A stretch of DNA of 45,339 bases, from positions 1 through 45,339 of the forward strand of contig JAJLLM010000157.1 in the NCBI GenBank assembly GCA_033837965.1, written 5' to 3'. Made by a program: the position numbers and the translations under genes. Of the stretch, positions 31,307 to 41,126 are shown piece by piece. The stretch is from Pseudazoarcus pumilus (GTDB taxonomy: Bacteria; Pseudomonadota; Gammaproteobacteria; Burkholderiales; Rhodocyclaceae). The stretch's first letter is position 1. Each line of letters opens with the position of its first letter. The notes beneath the pieces were generated by a model. That model saw only the letters and a program-made list of their open reading frames with translations, was not told the DNA's origin and ran no database searches.

Positions 31307-34300
31307 ATGGCCATCCGTGTCGCCCTGCATCACCGCACCGCCTATCGCTACGATCATCCGGTCGTGCTCTCGCCGCAGGAGGTCCGCCTGCGGCCAGCGC
31401 CGCATGCGCGCACGCCGATCCTGTCGTACTCGCTGCAGGTCGAGCCGGCCAAGCACTTCATCAACTGGCAGCAGGACCCCTACGGCAACTACATCGGCCG
31501 CTTCGTGTTCCCCGACCCGGTGCGAGAACTGGCCTTCACGGTGGATCTGGTCGCCGACATGACGGTGATCAACCCCTTCGACTTCTTCGTCGAGGAGTAC
31601 GCCCAGCATTTTCCCTTCCGCTACGCCGAGCAACTGTCCTTCGAGCTGGCGCCCTACCTGCGCCCCGAGCCGGCCGGTCCGCTGCTGCGCAAGTGGATCA
31701 CGCGCGCCAAACGCGAGGAGATCACGCCGGAGATTTCCTCGCTCGACCTGATGGTGAACCTCAACCGCCGGCTGCAGCAGGACATCGCCTATCTGGTGCG
31801 CATGGAGCCCGGCGTGCAGACGCCGGAGGAAACGCTGGAGCGCGCCTGCGGCTCGTGCCGTGACAGTGGCTGGTTGCTCGTGAAGATCATGCGCCATCTC
31901 GTGCTGGCAGCGCGTTTCGTGTACGGCTACCTGATCCAGCTCAAGGCGGATGTCGAGGCGCTCGACGGTCACAGCGGCACCGACAAGGACTTCACCGACC
32001 TGCATGCCTGGGCCGAGGTGTATCTGCCCGGCGCTGGCTGGATCGGGCTGGACCCGACCTCCGGCCTGCTGGCCGGCGAGGGCCACATTCCGCTGGCGTG
32101 CACCGCCTTGCCGCAGAGCGCGGCGCCGGTGACCGGCTCGTTCAGCGGCCAGGCCAATACCGAATTCGGCTTCGAGATGACGGTCACGCGCATTCACGAA
32201 GATCCGCGCGTCACCAAGCCCTATAGCGACGCCCAGTGGGCCGCCATCGACACCCTCGGCGAGCGCGTCGACCGCGAGCTGACCGCGCAGGATGTGCGCC
32301 TGACCCACGGCGGCGAGCCGACCTTCGTCTCCATCGACGACATGGACGGGCCGGAGTGGAACTACACCGCGCTGTCGCCGAAGAAGCGCGAACTCGCCGG
32401 CCAGCTCACGCGCCGGTTGATGGCGCGCTTCGCCCCCGGCGGCATGCTGCATGTCGGGCAGGGCAAGTGGTATCCGGGCGAGCCGCTGCCGCGCTGGGCG
32501 ATGGGCATCTACTGGCGCCCCGACGGTACGCCGATCTGGCGCGACGCGGCGCTGATCGCCGACGAGGCGGTGGCCTACGGCCTGCGCGCCGAGGACGCCG
32601 GGCGCTTCTGCAGCGAGCTGGCCACGCGGCTGGGCGTGCATCCCGGCTACATCGTCACGGCCTACGAAGACGTCTGGGCCGCGCTGCAGGACGAGCAGCG
32701 TGTGCCGACCAACCTCGATCCGCTCAAGGCCAGGCTCAAGGACAGTGATGAGCGCCGCCGGCTGGCGCGCCACCTCGAGCGCGGCCTGGGTGAGCCGGTG
32801 GCCTTCGTGCTGCCGCTCAAGGCCGTCGAGCCGGCGCCCGGCAAATCGCGCAAGCCGGCGCCCAGCACCTGGCGCTCCAGCCGCTGGCCGCTGCGGCGTG
32901 AGCACCTCTACCTGCTCGGGGGCGATTCACCCGCCGGTTTGCGCCTGCCGCTCGGCACGCTGCCGTGGGTGTTGCCCGACGACATGGAGCCGGACTTCCC
33001 GGTCGACCCCTTCGCGCCGCGCGGCAAGCTCGGCAAGCCGGCGGTGAAGAAGGGGCGTTCCGCGCCGCCACCCGAGACCGCACCCGACGCGCGCGAAGTC
33101 ATCCACACTGCCTTGTGCGCGGAGGTGCGCGACGGGCGGATGCACGTCTTCCTGCCGCCGGTAACGCGGCTGGAGGACTATCTCGCGCTGGTGGCCACCG
33201 TGGAGGATACGGCCGCAGCGCTGAAGATGCCCGTGCAACTGGAGGGCTACACGCCGCCGCGCGACCCGCGCGTGCGCCTGCTGGCAGTGACGCCCGACCC
33301 TGGCGTGATCGAGGTGAACGTGCATCCCGCGTCGAACTGGCGCGAACTGGTGGCCAACACCGGCGTGCTGTACGAAGAGGCGCGCCTGTCGCGGCTGGGG
33401 ACCGAAAAATTCATGCTCGACGGCCGCCACACCGGCACCGGCGGCGGCAACCACGTCACGCTGGGCGGCGCCACGCCGGCCGACAGCCCCTTCCTGCGCC
33501 GCCCCGACGTGTTGCGCAGTCTCATCACCTACTGGCAGAACCACCCGGCGCTGTCCTACCTGTTCTCGGGCACCTTCATCGGCCCGACCAGTCAGGCGCC
33601 GCGCGTGGATGAGGCGCGCGACGACAACCTCTACGAACTGGAGATCGCCTTCCAGCAGATGGCCAAGGTGCTGCCGGATGAGTCCGAGAGCAATCGCCCG
33701 TGGCTGGTCGACCGCCTGCTGCGCAACCTGCTGGTGGACCTGACCGGCAACACGCACCGCGCGGAGTTCTCGATCGACAAGCTGTACTCACCGGACGGTC
33801 CCACCGGGCGCCTCGGGCTGGTCGAATTCCGCGCCTTCGAGATGCCGCCGCATGCGCAGATGAACCTGTGCCAGATGGTGCTGCTGCGCGCGCTGGTGGC
33901 GCGCTTCTGGCGCGAACCGTATCGCGGCCGGCTGGTGCACTGGGGCACGCAGCTGCACGACCGCTGGATGCTGCCGCACTTCGTCGAGCAGGACATCCGC
34001 GACGTCGTGCGCGATCTGCGGCAGGCCGGCTATGCCTTTGACGAGGCGTGGTTCGCGCCTTTCGTCGAATTCCGTTTCCCGCGCTACGGCACGGTGGTGT
34101 ACGAGGGCGTCGAGCTGGAACTACGCCAGGCCATCGAGCCGTGGAACGTGCTGGGCGAGGAGATGAGCGGTGGCGGCACCGCGCGTTACGTGGATTCGTC
34201 GGTCGAACGCCTGCAGCTGCGCGTGCGCGGCCTCACCGACGGCCGCCACATCGTCACGTGCAACGGCCGCCCGTTGCCGCTGCACCCCACCGGCACGCAC

Positions 34301-34621
34301 GGCGAGTACGTGGCCGGCGTGCGCTTCCGCGCATGGAATCCGCCCTCTGCCCTGCATCCCACCATCGGCGTGCATGCGCCGCTGACCTTCGACATCGTCG
34401 ATGCCTGGATGGGCAAGGCCATCGGTGGCTGCACCTACCACGTGTCACACCCCGGCGGGCGCAACTACTCGACCTTCCCGGTGAACGCCAACGAGGCCGA
34501 GGCGCGGCGTTTCGCGCGTTTCTGGCCGCACGGGCACACGCCGGGGCCGATGCAGGTGACGCCCGAGCCGCTCAACCCCAAGTACCCGTTCACGCTCGAC
34601 CTGCGCTGGCAGCCGGGCTGA
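31307..34621 (+). CDS. Transglutaminase-like domain plus DUF2126 (putative amidoligase) protein
   Basis: [11 protein letters not shown] start; [26 protein letters not shown]; [41 protein letters not shown]; ends TLDLR. Confidence 0.9.
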   Translation: MAIRVALHHRTAYRYDHPVVLSPQEVRLRPAPHARTPILSYSLQVEPAKHFINWQQDPYGNYIGRFVFPDPVRELAFTVDLVADMTVINPFDFFVEEYAQHFPFRYAEQLSFELAPYLRPEPAGPLLRKWITRAKREEITPEISSLDLMVNLNRRLQQDIAYLVRMEPGVQTPEETLERACGSCRDSGWLLVKIMRHLVLAARFVYGYLIQLKADVEALDGHSGTDKDFTDLHAWAEVYLPGAGWIGLDPTSGLLAGEGHIPLACTALPQSAAPVTGSFSGQANTEFGFEMTVTRIHEDPRVTKPYSDAQWAAIDTLGERVDRELTAQDVRLTHGGEPTFVSIDDMDGPEWNYTALSPKKRELAGQLTRRLMARFAPGGMLHVGQGKWYPGEPLPRWAMGIYWRPDGTPIWRDAALIADEAVAYGLRAEDAGRFCSELATRLGVHPGYIVTAYEDVWAALQDEQRVPTNLDPLKARLKDSDERRRLARHLERGLGEPVAFVLPLKAVEPAPGKSRKPAPSTWRSSRWPLRREHLYLLGGDSPAGLRLPLGTLPWVLPDDMEPDFPVDPFAPRGKLGKPAVKKGRSAPPPETAPDAREVIHTALCAEVRDGRMHVFLPPVTRLEDYLALVATVEDTAAALKMPVQLEGYTPPRDPRVRLLAVTPDPGVIEVNVHPASNWRELVANTGVLYEEARLSRLGTEKFMLDGRHTGTGGGNHVTLGGATPADSPFLRRPDVLRSLITYWQNHPALSYLFSGTFIGPTSQAPRVDEARDDNLYELEIAFQQMAKVLPDESESNRPWLVDRLLRNLLVDLTGNTHRAEFSIDKLYSPDGPTGRLGLVEFRAFEMPPHAQMNLCQMVLLRALVARFWREPYRGRLVHWGTQLHDRWMLPHFVEQDIRDVVRDLRQAGYAFDEAWFAPFVEFRFPRYGTVVYEGVELELRQAIEPWNVLGEEMSGGGTARYVDSSVERLQLRVRGLTDGRHIVTCNGRPLPLHPTGTHGEYVAGVRFRAWNPPSALHPTIGVHAPLTFDIVDAWMGKAIGGCTYHVSHPGGRNYSTFPVNANEAEARRFARFWPHGHTPGPMQVTPEPLNPKYPFTLDLRWQPG

Positions 34622-34650
34622 CGCGCCGTTCGCAAGCGCAGGAGCGGACG

Positions 34651-35169
34651 TCAACTCTTTCTGTGGCAGGATGTCTGCGCGGGGTCGCGCCGCTCGCCGA
34701 AGCGCGGGCCGACCTCCAGATGGGCGATTTCGCATTCTTCGGTGAAGTGCGTGAACCCGCGCTTCAGGGTCGCGGCCCAGCGATCTCCCAGACGAGCGCC
34801 AGCGGTGACCAGCGCGGCTTCGATCCCCTCGGCGGTGATCTGCAGCAGGTCGTAGGTGATCGTCACGCTGTTCCCTGCAGCTTCGATCGCCTCGACGCCC
34901 ATCAGGGTTCTGACGTGTTCAACCACGCTGTGCGCCTGATCGGGTGTCAGCGAGGTTTGCAACTCGAAGCTGCGGCGCTTGAGCACGCTACGCCCCTCCT
35001 GCTTGGGCGCGGGGCGGCCGGGCACGCCGATGAACAGATGCGGGTGGGCGAGGAAACGGTCGCGGCACTGTGCGGAGCAGAACGCGTAGCGCGTTCCGAG
35101 GTAATCGTGCGTAAGGCTGTCCGCGTCCACTTCCATACCGCAGACGACGTCTTTCAGTTTTTCGCTCAT
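34651..35169 (-). CDS. YHS/TRASH domain protein with C-terminal HMA-like fold
   Basis: DVVCGMEV..YAFCSAQCRDRF; second domain (GVEAI..ITYDLLQIT) lacks CxxC. Confidence 0.82.
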   Translation of the reverse strand: MSEKLKDVVCGMEVDADSLTHDYLGTRYAFCSAQCRDRFLAHPHLFIGVPGRPAPKQEGRSVLKRRSFELQTSLTPDQAHSVVEHVRTLMGVEAIEAAGNSVTITYDLLQITAEGIEAALVTAGARLGDRWAATLKRGFTHFTEECEIAHLEVGPRFGERRDPAQTSCHRKS

Positions 35170-35867
35170 TCCGGCTTCCCTCCGTGTGTCGTGAAGTCTT
35201 CGTCCGCGGACGCGCGGTCAGGCACCTTCGCATCGCCTCGCTGGCCGAAGCGCGGGACGAAGGGGGGTGTGCGGATCATGTAGTCGCGGTAGGCCTCGCC
35301 GAACGCCGCGAGGGAATCGCGCTCCTCGTGGCGTGCGAGCCGCGCGTATACCCACAGCAGCACCGGAAACATCGCGAGCGTGATCAGCGTCGGCCACTGC
35401 AATAGGAAGCCGAACATGATCAGCGCGAAGCCGACGTACTGCGGGTGACGGATGCGGGCGTAGGGGCCAGTGACGGCGAGTCGTCCTTCCTTCTGGGCCG
35501 CGTACAGCACCGGCCAGGCGCTTGCCAGCAACCAGAATCCGCCGAAGATGAACACCGAGCTGAGGATGTGGAAAGGGCCGAAGTGTGGGTTGCTCTCCCA
35601 GCCGAAGGCCATTTCGAGCAGGTGACCGGCATCGTGCGACAGCCAGTCGATGCCGGGGAAACGCGACGATAGCCAGCCGGAAAGCAGGTAGATGGTCAGC
35701 GGAAAACCGTACATCTCCGTGAACAGCGCGACGATGAAGGCCGAGTAGGCGCCGAACGAGCGCCAGTCGCGGGTCGTGCGTGGTCGCGCGAAGCTGAACG
35801 CGAACGCGATGAAGAGCACCGAGTTGATCAGCACCAGCGACCACAGACCGTAGGCTTCGCTGTTCAT
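35166..35867 (-). CDS. Isoprenylcysteine carboxyl methyltransferase / PEMT family membrane protein
   Basis: TGPYARIRHPQY, EE..FGEAY..Y..TPPFVP; YGLWSLV..EMYGFPLTIY subtype typical of copper clusters. Confidence 0.88.
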   Translation of the reverse strand: MNSEAYGLWSLVLINSVLFIAFAFSFARPRTTRDWRSFGAYSAFIVALFTEMYGFPLTIYLLSGWLSSRFPGIDWLSHDAGHLLEMAFGWESNPHFGPFHILSSVFIFGGFWLLASAWPVLYAAQKEGRLAVTGPYARIRHPQYVGFALIMFGFLLQWPTLITLAMFPVLLWVYARLARHEERDSLAAFGEAYRDYMIRTPPFVPRFGQRGDAKVPDRASADEDFTTHGGKPE

Positions 35868-36118
35868 TTGCGTTCTCTCTCATGGTGATCGTGGCCGCCA
35901 TGCGAGTGGCCGCGGTGCATGAACAGGTGCATCAGCGGGCAAGCGAGCACGATCAGCCACGGCAGGGCGCCCAGCAGGTGGGCGCGGTGTTCGGCGATCA
36001 GCAGCCCGGCGGCCAGCGCAAGGAAGCCGATGAATACCCATTTCGTGCGGCCGTGCGTGACGTGCTTGGTGGAAGGATTTTGGGCCGTATCGCGTCCGTG
36101 GGATTCGGGCGTGTTCAT
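35864..36118 (-). CDS. DUF2933 family small membrane protein
   Basis: EHRAHLLGALPWLIVLACPLMHLFMHRGH with a His-rich tail; ATGA overlaps on both sides; 84 aa. Confidence 0.88.
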   Translation of the reverse strand: MNTPESHGRDTAQNPSTKHVTHGRTKWVFIGFLALAAGLLIAEHRAHLLGALPWLIVLACPLMHLFMHRGHSHGGHDHHERERK

Positions 36119-38430
36119 CGATTTCTCCCGGGTGAGTCCGTGCGCCGAAGATGTGTCGTGTCCAGGCGAATGCGCCGCAGCAGCAGCGAATTCCCGATGA
36201 CCGACAGCGAGCTGGCCGTCATCGCGACCACGCCGACCATCGGATGCAGCAGGCCGAGCGCCGCCACCGGAATCGCGGCGAGGTTGTAGAACCAGGCCCA
36301 GAACAGGTTCTGCACGATCTTCGCGAAGGTCGCGCGCGAGAGCTGGATGGCTTCGACGACGCGGCTCAGTTCGCCGCTGACGAGCGTCACGTCGGCCGCC
36401 TCGATGGCGACGTCGGCGCCGGCGCCGATGGCGATGCCGACGTTGGCCTGCTTGAGGGCGGGGGCGTCGTTGATACCGTCGCCGACCATCGCGACGAGGT
36501 TGCCGTGCTCGTGCTGAAGGGCCCGGATAGCATCGACCTTGCCCTCGGGCAGCACGCCGGCCATGACCTCGTCGACGCCGACCTGTGCGGCGACGAAGCG
36601 GGCAGTGCGCTCGTTGTCGCCGGTGACCATGGCGACGCGGATGCCCAGCGCATGCAGCGCGGCAATCGCGTCGCGCGAGTCGGGCTTGACGGTGTCGGCG
36701 ACCGCGACGATGCCGGCGAGGCGGTCGTCGATGGCGACCAGCATCGCGGTCTTGCCGTCGTTCTCCAGTAGCGCCAGCGCGTCTTCCAGCGCGGCATGGT
36801 CGATGCCGGATTCGTCGAGCAGCCGACGGCTGCCGACGCGGATCAAGCGGTCGTCTACCTCGCCCTGCACGCCCCGCGCGGTGATGGCCTTGAAGGCCTG
36901 CACGGCCGGTACCTCGATGCCGCGCTCGCGCGCGCCGGTGACGATGGACTGGCCGAGCGGGTGTTCCGAGCCTGCCTCGACCGCGGTCGCCGCGCGCAGT
37001 ACCGTGGCCTCGTCGAAACCCTCGGCCGCGATGACGTCGGTGAGCGCGGGCTGGCCTCGCGTGATGGTGCCGGTCTTGTCGAGCACCACCACCTTGATGT
37101 CCTTGAGGGTCTGGATGGCTTCGCCGGAACGGATCAGCACGCCGCGCTCGGCGCCCAGCCCCGAGCCGACCATCAGTGCGGTCGGCGTGGCCAGGCCCAG
37201 CGCGCACGGGCAGGCGATGACCAGCACGGCCACCGCCGAGAGCGTCGCGACGGTGAGCCGTCCGAGCGTCGGATCGACCCATGGCAGGAAGCCCGCGCCC
37301 CAGTCGAGTACCGGACGCAGCGTGTCGAAGAACACCAGCCACAGCAGGAAGCTCGCCAGGCTGATGACGATCACCGCCGGCACGAAGCGGCCGGTGACGC
37401 GGTCGGCGAATTCCTGGATCGGCACCTTGGAGCCCTGCGCCTGTTCGACCAGACGGATAACCTGCGACAGGAAGGTGTCGGCGCCGATGCGCGTGGCGCG
37501 CACGCGCAGCACGCCTTCCTTGTTGATGGTCGCACCGATCACCGCGTCGCCCGGCCCCTTCTCGACCGGCACCGATTCGCCGGTGGCGATCGATTCGTCG
37601 AGGTGGCTCGCGCCGTCGACGATCTCGCCGTCGGTGGGCACCTTGGCGCCGGGGCGCACGATCATCACGTCGCCGATCTGCAGGTCCGCCACGGCGACCT
37701 CAACCTCGGCGCCGTCGCGCTCGACCGTCGCCGTCTTGGCGCCCAGCGTGACGAGCTTGCGGATGGCCTGCGAGGCGCGGCCCTTGGCGCGCGTTTCCAG
37801 GTAGCGGCCGAGCAGGTGGAAGGTGGTGATGGTGGCGGCCATCTCGATGAACGAGGTCATCGGATAGAAGAAGCCGATCAGGCCGATCAGGTAGGGCGGC
37901 AGGCTGCCCAGCGAGATCAGCACGTCCATGTTGGCCGTGCGGTTGGTCAGCGAGCGCCAGGCCGAGCGGTGTGTCGCCAGCCCGCCGTAGGTGAACACCA
38001 CCGGGAAGGCGAGCAGCGCGACGATGGCCAGATAGCCCGGCACCGGCTGCCAGAACATGTGCGGCACCATCAGCAGCATGATCAGCGTGGTCGGCACCGC
38101 CGCGATCCACAGCCGCTTGCCGGCCTGCGCGAGGTAGCGCTCCTCGGATTCGGCTTCCTGCCCGGCGCTCTCGCGCGTGCTGGCGTGCACGGCCTCGACG
38201 TCATAGCCGGCGCGCTCGACCGCGTTGCGGATGGCGTCCGGGTCGGTCGTGGCGGCGTCGTAGGCCACCTCCACGCGGTGGCCGGCAATCCGCGTCTCGA
38301 TACCGCGAATGCCGTCGAGGCGGCGGATCGACGCACTGACCAGCCCGGCGCAGTGGTCGCTGCCCATGCCCGGCACGATCAGCGAAATCCGGGACGAGTC
38401 TGGTGGGGATGAATTCGCGCGATCATTCAT
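36115..38430 (-). CDS. Second Cu(I)-type P1B ATPase
   Basis: [22 protein letters not shown], MxxSS. One N-terminal HMA domain with GMGSDHC. Start at 38430 after AGGAG. Confidence 0.93.
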   Translation of the reverse strand: MNDRANSSPPDSSRISLIVPGMGSDHCAGLVSASIRRLDGIRGIETRIAGHRVEVAYDAATTDPDAIRNAVERAGYDVEAVHASTRESAGQEAESEERYLAQAGKRLWIAAVPTTLIMLLMVPHMFWQPVPGYLAIVALLAFPVVFTYGGLATHRSAWRSLTNRTANMDVLISLGSLPPYLIGLIGFFYPMTSFIEMAATITTFHLLGRYLETRAKGRASQAIRKLVTLGAKTATVERDGAEVEVAVADLQIGDVMIVRPGAKVPTDGEIVDGASHLDESIATGESVPVEKGPGDAVIGATINKEGVLRVRATRIGADTFLSQVIRLVEQAQGSKVPIQEFADRVTGRFVPAVIVISLASFLLWLVFFDTLRPVLDWGAGFLPWVDPTLGRLTVATLSAVAVLVIACPCALGLATPTALMVGSGLGAERGVLIRSGEAIQTLKDIKVVVLDKTGTITRGQPALTDVIAAEGFDEATVLRAATAVEAGSEHPLGQSIVTGARERGIEVPAVQAFKAITARGVQGEVDDRLIRVGSRRLLDESGIDHAALEDALALLENDGKTAMLVAIDDRLAGIVAVADTVKPDSRDAIAALHALGIRVAMVTGDNERTARFVAAQVGVDEVMAGVLPEGKVDAIRALQHEHGNLVAMVGDGINDAPALKQANVGIAIGAGADVAIEAADVTLVSGELSRVVEAIQLSRATFAKIVQNLFWAWFYNLAAIPVAALGLLHPMVGVVAMTASSLSVIGNSLLLRRIRLDTTHLRRTDSPGRNR

Positions 38431-38504
38431 GACGACTCCTGTGCATCGGGGCTGCCTGCGGTATGCCGATGGATTCATCATGGCGCGGCCCCCCTGAGCG
38501 CAGG

Positions 38505-38531
38505 ATGACGCGAATATTACGGACATGTCAT
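38505..38531. promoter_or_regulatory. CusR/CopR-type operator, copy 1
   Basis: ATGAC-N6-ATTAC-N6-GTCAT upstream of the second ATPase. Same pattern at 43891 and 44622. Confidence 0.7.
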
Positions 38532-38589
38532 GTTTTACGCCGGCTCAAGAGCATGCCCGGTCGCGTCGTCGCGCCAATGCCGTTTCGGC

Positions 38590-38817
38590 TCACGTTTCGC
38601 GCTTGCCGGCTTCGGCGGCAGGCCAGCGCGAGAACGCGAGGAAATAGAGGAAGGCCAGGTTGATGAGCGGGATCAGAATCAGGATGCCCAGCCAGCTCGG
38701 ATGGCCGGCCCGCCGGCAGATGCGCCAGAACGGCACGACCAGCACGATGGCGAAGGCCAGCATCCACAGCCAGTGCAGCCCCCACATGGTGTCCGAATAC
38801 ATAGCGTTGTCCATCAT
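38590..38817 (-). CDS. Small membrane protein (75 aa), function unknown
   Basis: RBS GGAG; HWLWM..PFWRICRRAGHPSWL..IPLINL..LAFSRWP with two to three hydrophobic segments. Confidence 0.75.
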   Translation of the reverse strand: MMDNAMYSDTMWGLHWLWMLAFAIVLVVPFWRICRRAGHPSWLGILILIPLINLAFLYFLAFSRWPAAEAGKRET

Positions 38818-38873
38818 GGCGTGATTCTCCGTAAGTGTTCCGCGGTGTTCTTGTTGCGTCCGCAAGGGGTCGG

Positions 38874-39389
38874 TTAGTCGCGTCGCGGCAGCGACCGAGC
38901 CTGTTCATCGATGCGGGCCTGGTATGCCCGCTCGCGTGGCCCCCAACTACTCTTGATATAGGCCAGCACGGCGCGGATTTCGGCATCGTCGAGCAATGTG
39001 CCGAAGGCCGGCATGTCGCTTTCGTAACCAGGCGGGGCGTATTTGCCGGGCACCAGTCCGTACTTGGTGATGCCGAACAGTACGTCATCGGGGTGGTGCC
39101 AGGTGTGGCCGCTCTCGTCATGTGGTGGTGCGGGCATGCGCCCGTCGGCGCGCGCCTGGCGCCAGTCCGGCTGTCCGTCCAGGTTCGCCCCGTGGCAGGC
39201 TGCGCAGTAGCTGGAATAGATTTGCGTGCCGCGCGCGACCTGTACGGCTTCGTCCGGATCGATGCGGACGACATCAGCGCGCCATTGCACGACGGCGATG
39301 GCGCCGATCAGGAACAGCAGCGCGGCGCCAAGCAGCCAGAGGAAGAAACGCCCCTGTGATGGTTCGGACACCGCGCTTCCTTCGATCAA
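38874..39389 (-). CDS. Membrane-anchored monoheme cytochrome c
   Basis: CAACH heme motif, APPHDESGHTWHHPD, distal MPAF, N-terminal TM. The start may be GTG 39371. Confidence 0.9.
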   Translation of the reverse strand: MIEGSAVSEPSQGRFFLWLLGAALLFLIGAIAVVQWRADVVRIDPDEAVQVARGTQIYSSYCAACHGANLDGQPDWRQARADGRMPAPPHDESGHTWHHPDDVLFGITKYGLVPGKYAPPGYESDMPAFGTLLDDAEIRAVLAYIKSSWGPRERAYQARIDEQARSLPRRD

Positions 39390-39423
39390 TGGCTTCCGAC
39401 GCGAATCGGAGCGCCGCGGAGGG

Positions 39424-39819
39424 TCACTTGCCGGTACCGATGCGGTCGGCGTAGCGAACGGCGATTTCGCCGACCTTCTGCATCATCTCGGCGTGCATGC
39501 GGAACTGCAGCGCGTCATTGCCGGGAGGCAGTTGGGGTAGGTTCAGCGTCGCGCCGCCCGACGCCTTCATCGGGCATCCGGACATCATGTCGCCCATCAT
39601 CCCGCCGCCCATCATGCCCGGTCCCGAGGCACCTTCCCCCATCATCATCCCGGGGCTCATCATGCCGCCCATCGGGCCCCCTCCCGTCATGGCCCCCTGC
39701 TTAGCGTCGCTGCCCATCATCGGCTGTCCGCGCATGGCGTCGGACTGCGCGAAGGACGGGGCCGTGACGATGGTGAGGCCGGTGAGGGCCACCAGCATGA
39801 ATCGTGTGCGCTTGCTCAT
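39424..39819 (-). CDS. Secreted Met/Gly-rich protein, putative copper-binding
   Basis: RBS AAGGAG; signal peptide ending PSFA; 22 Met in 131 aa; C-terminal LPQLPPGN..MHAEMMQKVGEI helix. Confidence 0.8.
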   Translation of the reverse strand: MSKRTRFMLVALTGLTIVTAPSFAQSDAMRGQPMMGSDAKQGAMTGGGPMGGMMSPGMMMGEGASGPGMMGGGMMGDMMSGCPMKASGGATLNLPQLPPGNDALQFRMHAEMMQKVGEIAVRYADRIGTGK

Positions 39820-40191
39820 GATGTGCTCCTTGCTGTGATGAAGCGGAGTGATGCCTCGGCAAAAATGCCGGAGCGGGTGTCGGAAGGCCGGACTGATACG
39901 GAGTGTGGCGGTCATTGGCCTGATTTCCGCGTCCGGCTGCTTTGCTGTGCGCCGGGCGGAGGGGCCGAACAGCACGGTGAGACAGGTGCGTTGCGATGGG
40001 CCCGTTCGTTCTCGCGGCACCATTCGCGCAGGCGGTACAGCCATCGGCGAATCGCATACATGAGGTTCATGATCTTCTCCTGCCGCTCCCGTGGCTTGCA
40101 CCGTGTGTCGATGCGAACAGCTTGCGCCCCGCTGGCTGACCGGCCGATTGCCGATGCATTACCGTTGTGTCAGCCAGCGGGCCTACGACTC

Positions 40192-40482
40192 TCAGGGCTG
40201 AGCCGGCTGCACCGACAGCACGGTGTAGGCGCCGGCGACCTCGTCGATGGTGACCTTGAGCTTGTCGCCCGGCTTCAGGCCGGCCAGCAGGGCCGGGTCC
40301 TTCACCGCGAACACCATGCTCATCGGCGGCATCTGCAGGTTGGGGATCTCGCCGTGACGCAGGGCGAGCTTGTTTTGCGCGGCGTCGACGCGGCGTACCT
40401 CGGCGTCGACCAGCGGCAGGTGGGTGTCGGCGAAGGCTGTCGTGGCGCACAGCGCCAGCAGGGCGAAGGAAATCTTGCGCAT
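40192..40482 (-). CDS. cusF: CusF-family periplasmic copper chaperone
   Basis: Signal peptide; HGEIPNLQMPPMSMVF (Met in place of the Trp); LKPGDKL; 96 aa. Confidence 0.88.
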   Translation of the reverse strand: MRKISFALLALCATTAFADTHLPLVDAEVRRVDAAQNKLALRHGEIPNLQMPPMSMVFAVKDPALLAGLKPGDKLKVTIDEVAGAYTVLSVQPAQP

Positions 40483-40508
40483 TGGGGTTCCTCGTGTCGG
40501 GGTGTGGG

Positions 40509-41072
40509 TCAGTGGCCGTGGCCGCTGCCGTGCGCTGCGGCCTTGCCGGACGCACCTTCGGCAAGGCTCGCGCCGCCTACTGCGACGGCTGCCTTCATGC
40601 CCGCCTCGTAGTGGCCCGGAATCAGGCAGGCGAACTCGAATTCGCCGGCACGGTTGAAGGTCCACACGATCTCGCGCGTCTCGCCCGGCGGCACGTGTGC
40701 CATGTAGGGCTCGTCGTGCTCCATATTGGGGAATTTCTTCATCATCGCGGCGTGCTCGGCAAGCGACGGCGCATCGCCGATGACCAGTTCATGCATCACC
40801 TTGCCGGCATTCTTCACCACCAGGCGCAGCGTTTCGCCGGCCTCCACGCGCACGCGCTCGGGGGCAAAGCGCATGTCGTCGCTCATCACCACTTCCAGCG
40901 TGCGGGTGGCCTCTCGGGCGTCGGCGGCGATGCCCCAGGCGGTCTGTTCCTTGACCGCCGGTGCGCTTGCTTTGCCGTGTCCGCGCTCGCCGTGGGCGAG
41001 GGCCGTCGCGGGAGTGCCGACCGCGAGGGTGAATGCGGCGATCAGCAGGGAATGCAGTCGAAGAATTTTCAT
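40509..41072 (-). CDS. Periplasmic cupredoxin (CopI-like)
   Basis: MRFAP, HELVIG, MEHDEP, ACLIPGHYEAGM type-1 Cu ligands; His-rich termini. Confidence 0.9.
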   Translation of the reverse strand: MKILRLHSLLIAAFTLAVGTPATALAHGERGHGKASAPAVKEQTAWGIAADAREATRTLEVVMSDDMRFAPERVRVEAGETLRLVVKNAGKVMHELVIGDAPSLAEHAAMMKKFPNMEHDEPYMAHVPPGETREIVWTFNRAGEFEFACLIPGHYEAGMKAAVAVGGASLAEGASGKAAAHGSGHGH

Positions 41073-41126
41073 TGTGGGTCTCTCCTGGGGTGGCTCGCCC
41101 CGTCCTGAGACGGGGCGATGGCGGGC

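Noticed and set aside
39820-40191. 370-nt gap between cusF and the Met-rich gene as a possible extra gene or pseudogene
   Set aside because: No RBS-supported ORF, recognisable motif or copy of the operator could be identified.
40310-40360. CusF with Met in place of the Cu-pi Trp
   Set aside because: A known, common natural variant of the family.
41095-41118. 10-bp hairpin TCGCCCCGTC-ctga-GACGGGGCGA between the oxidase and cupredoxin genes
   Set aside because: No U-tract; most likely an ordinary intercistronic stability hairpin.
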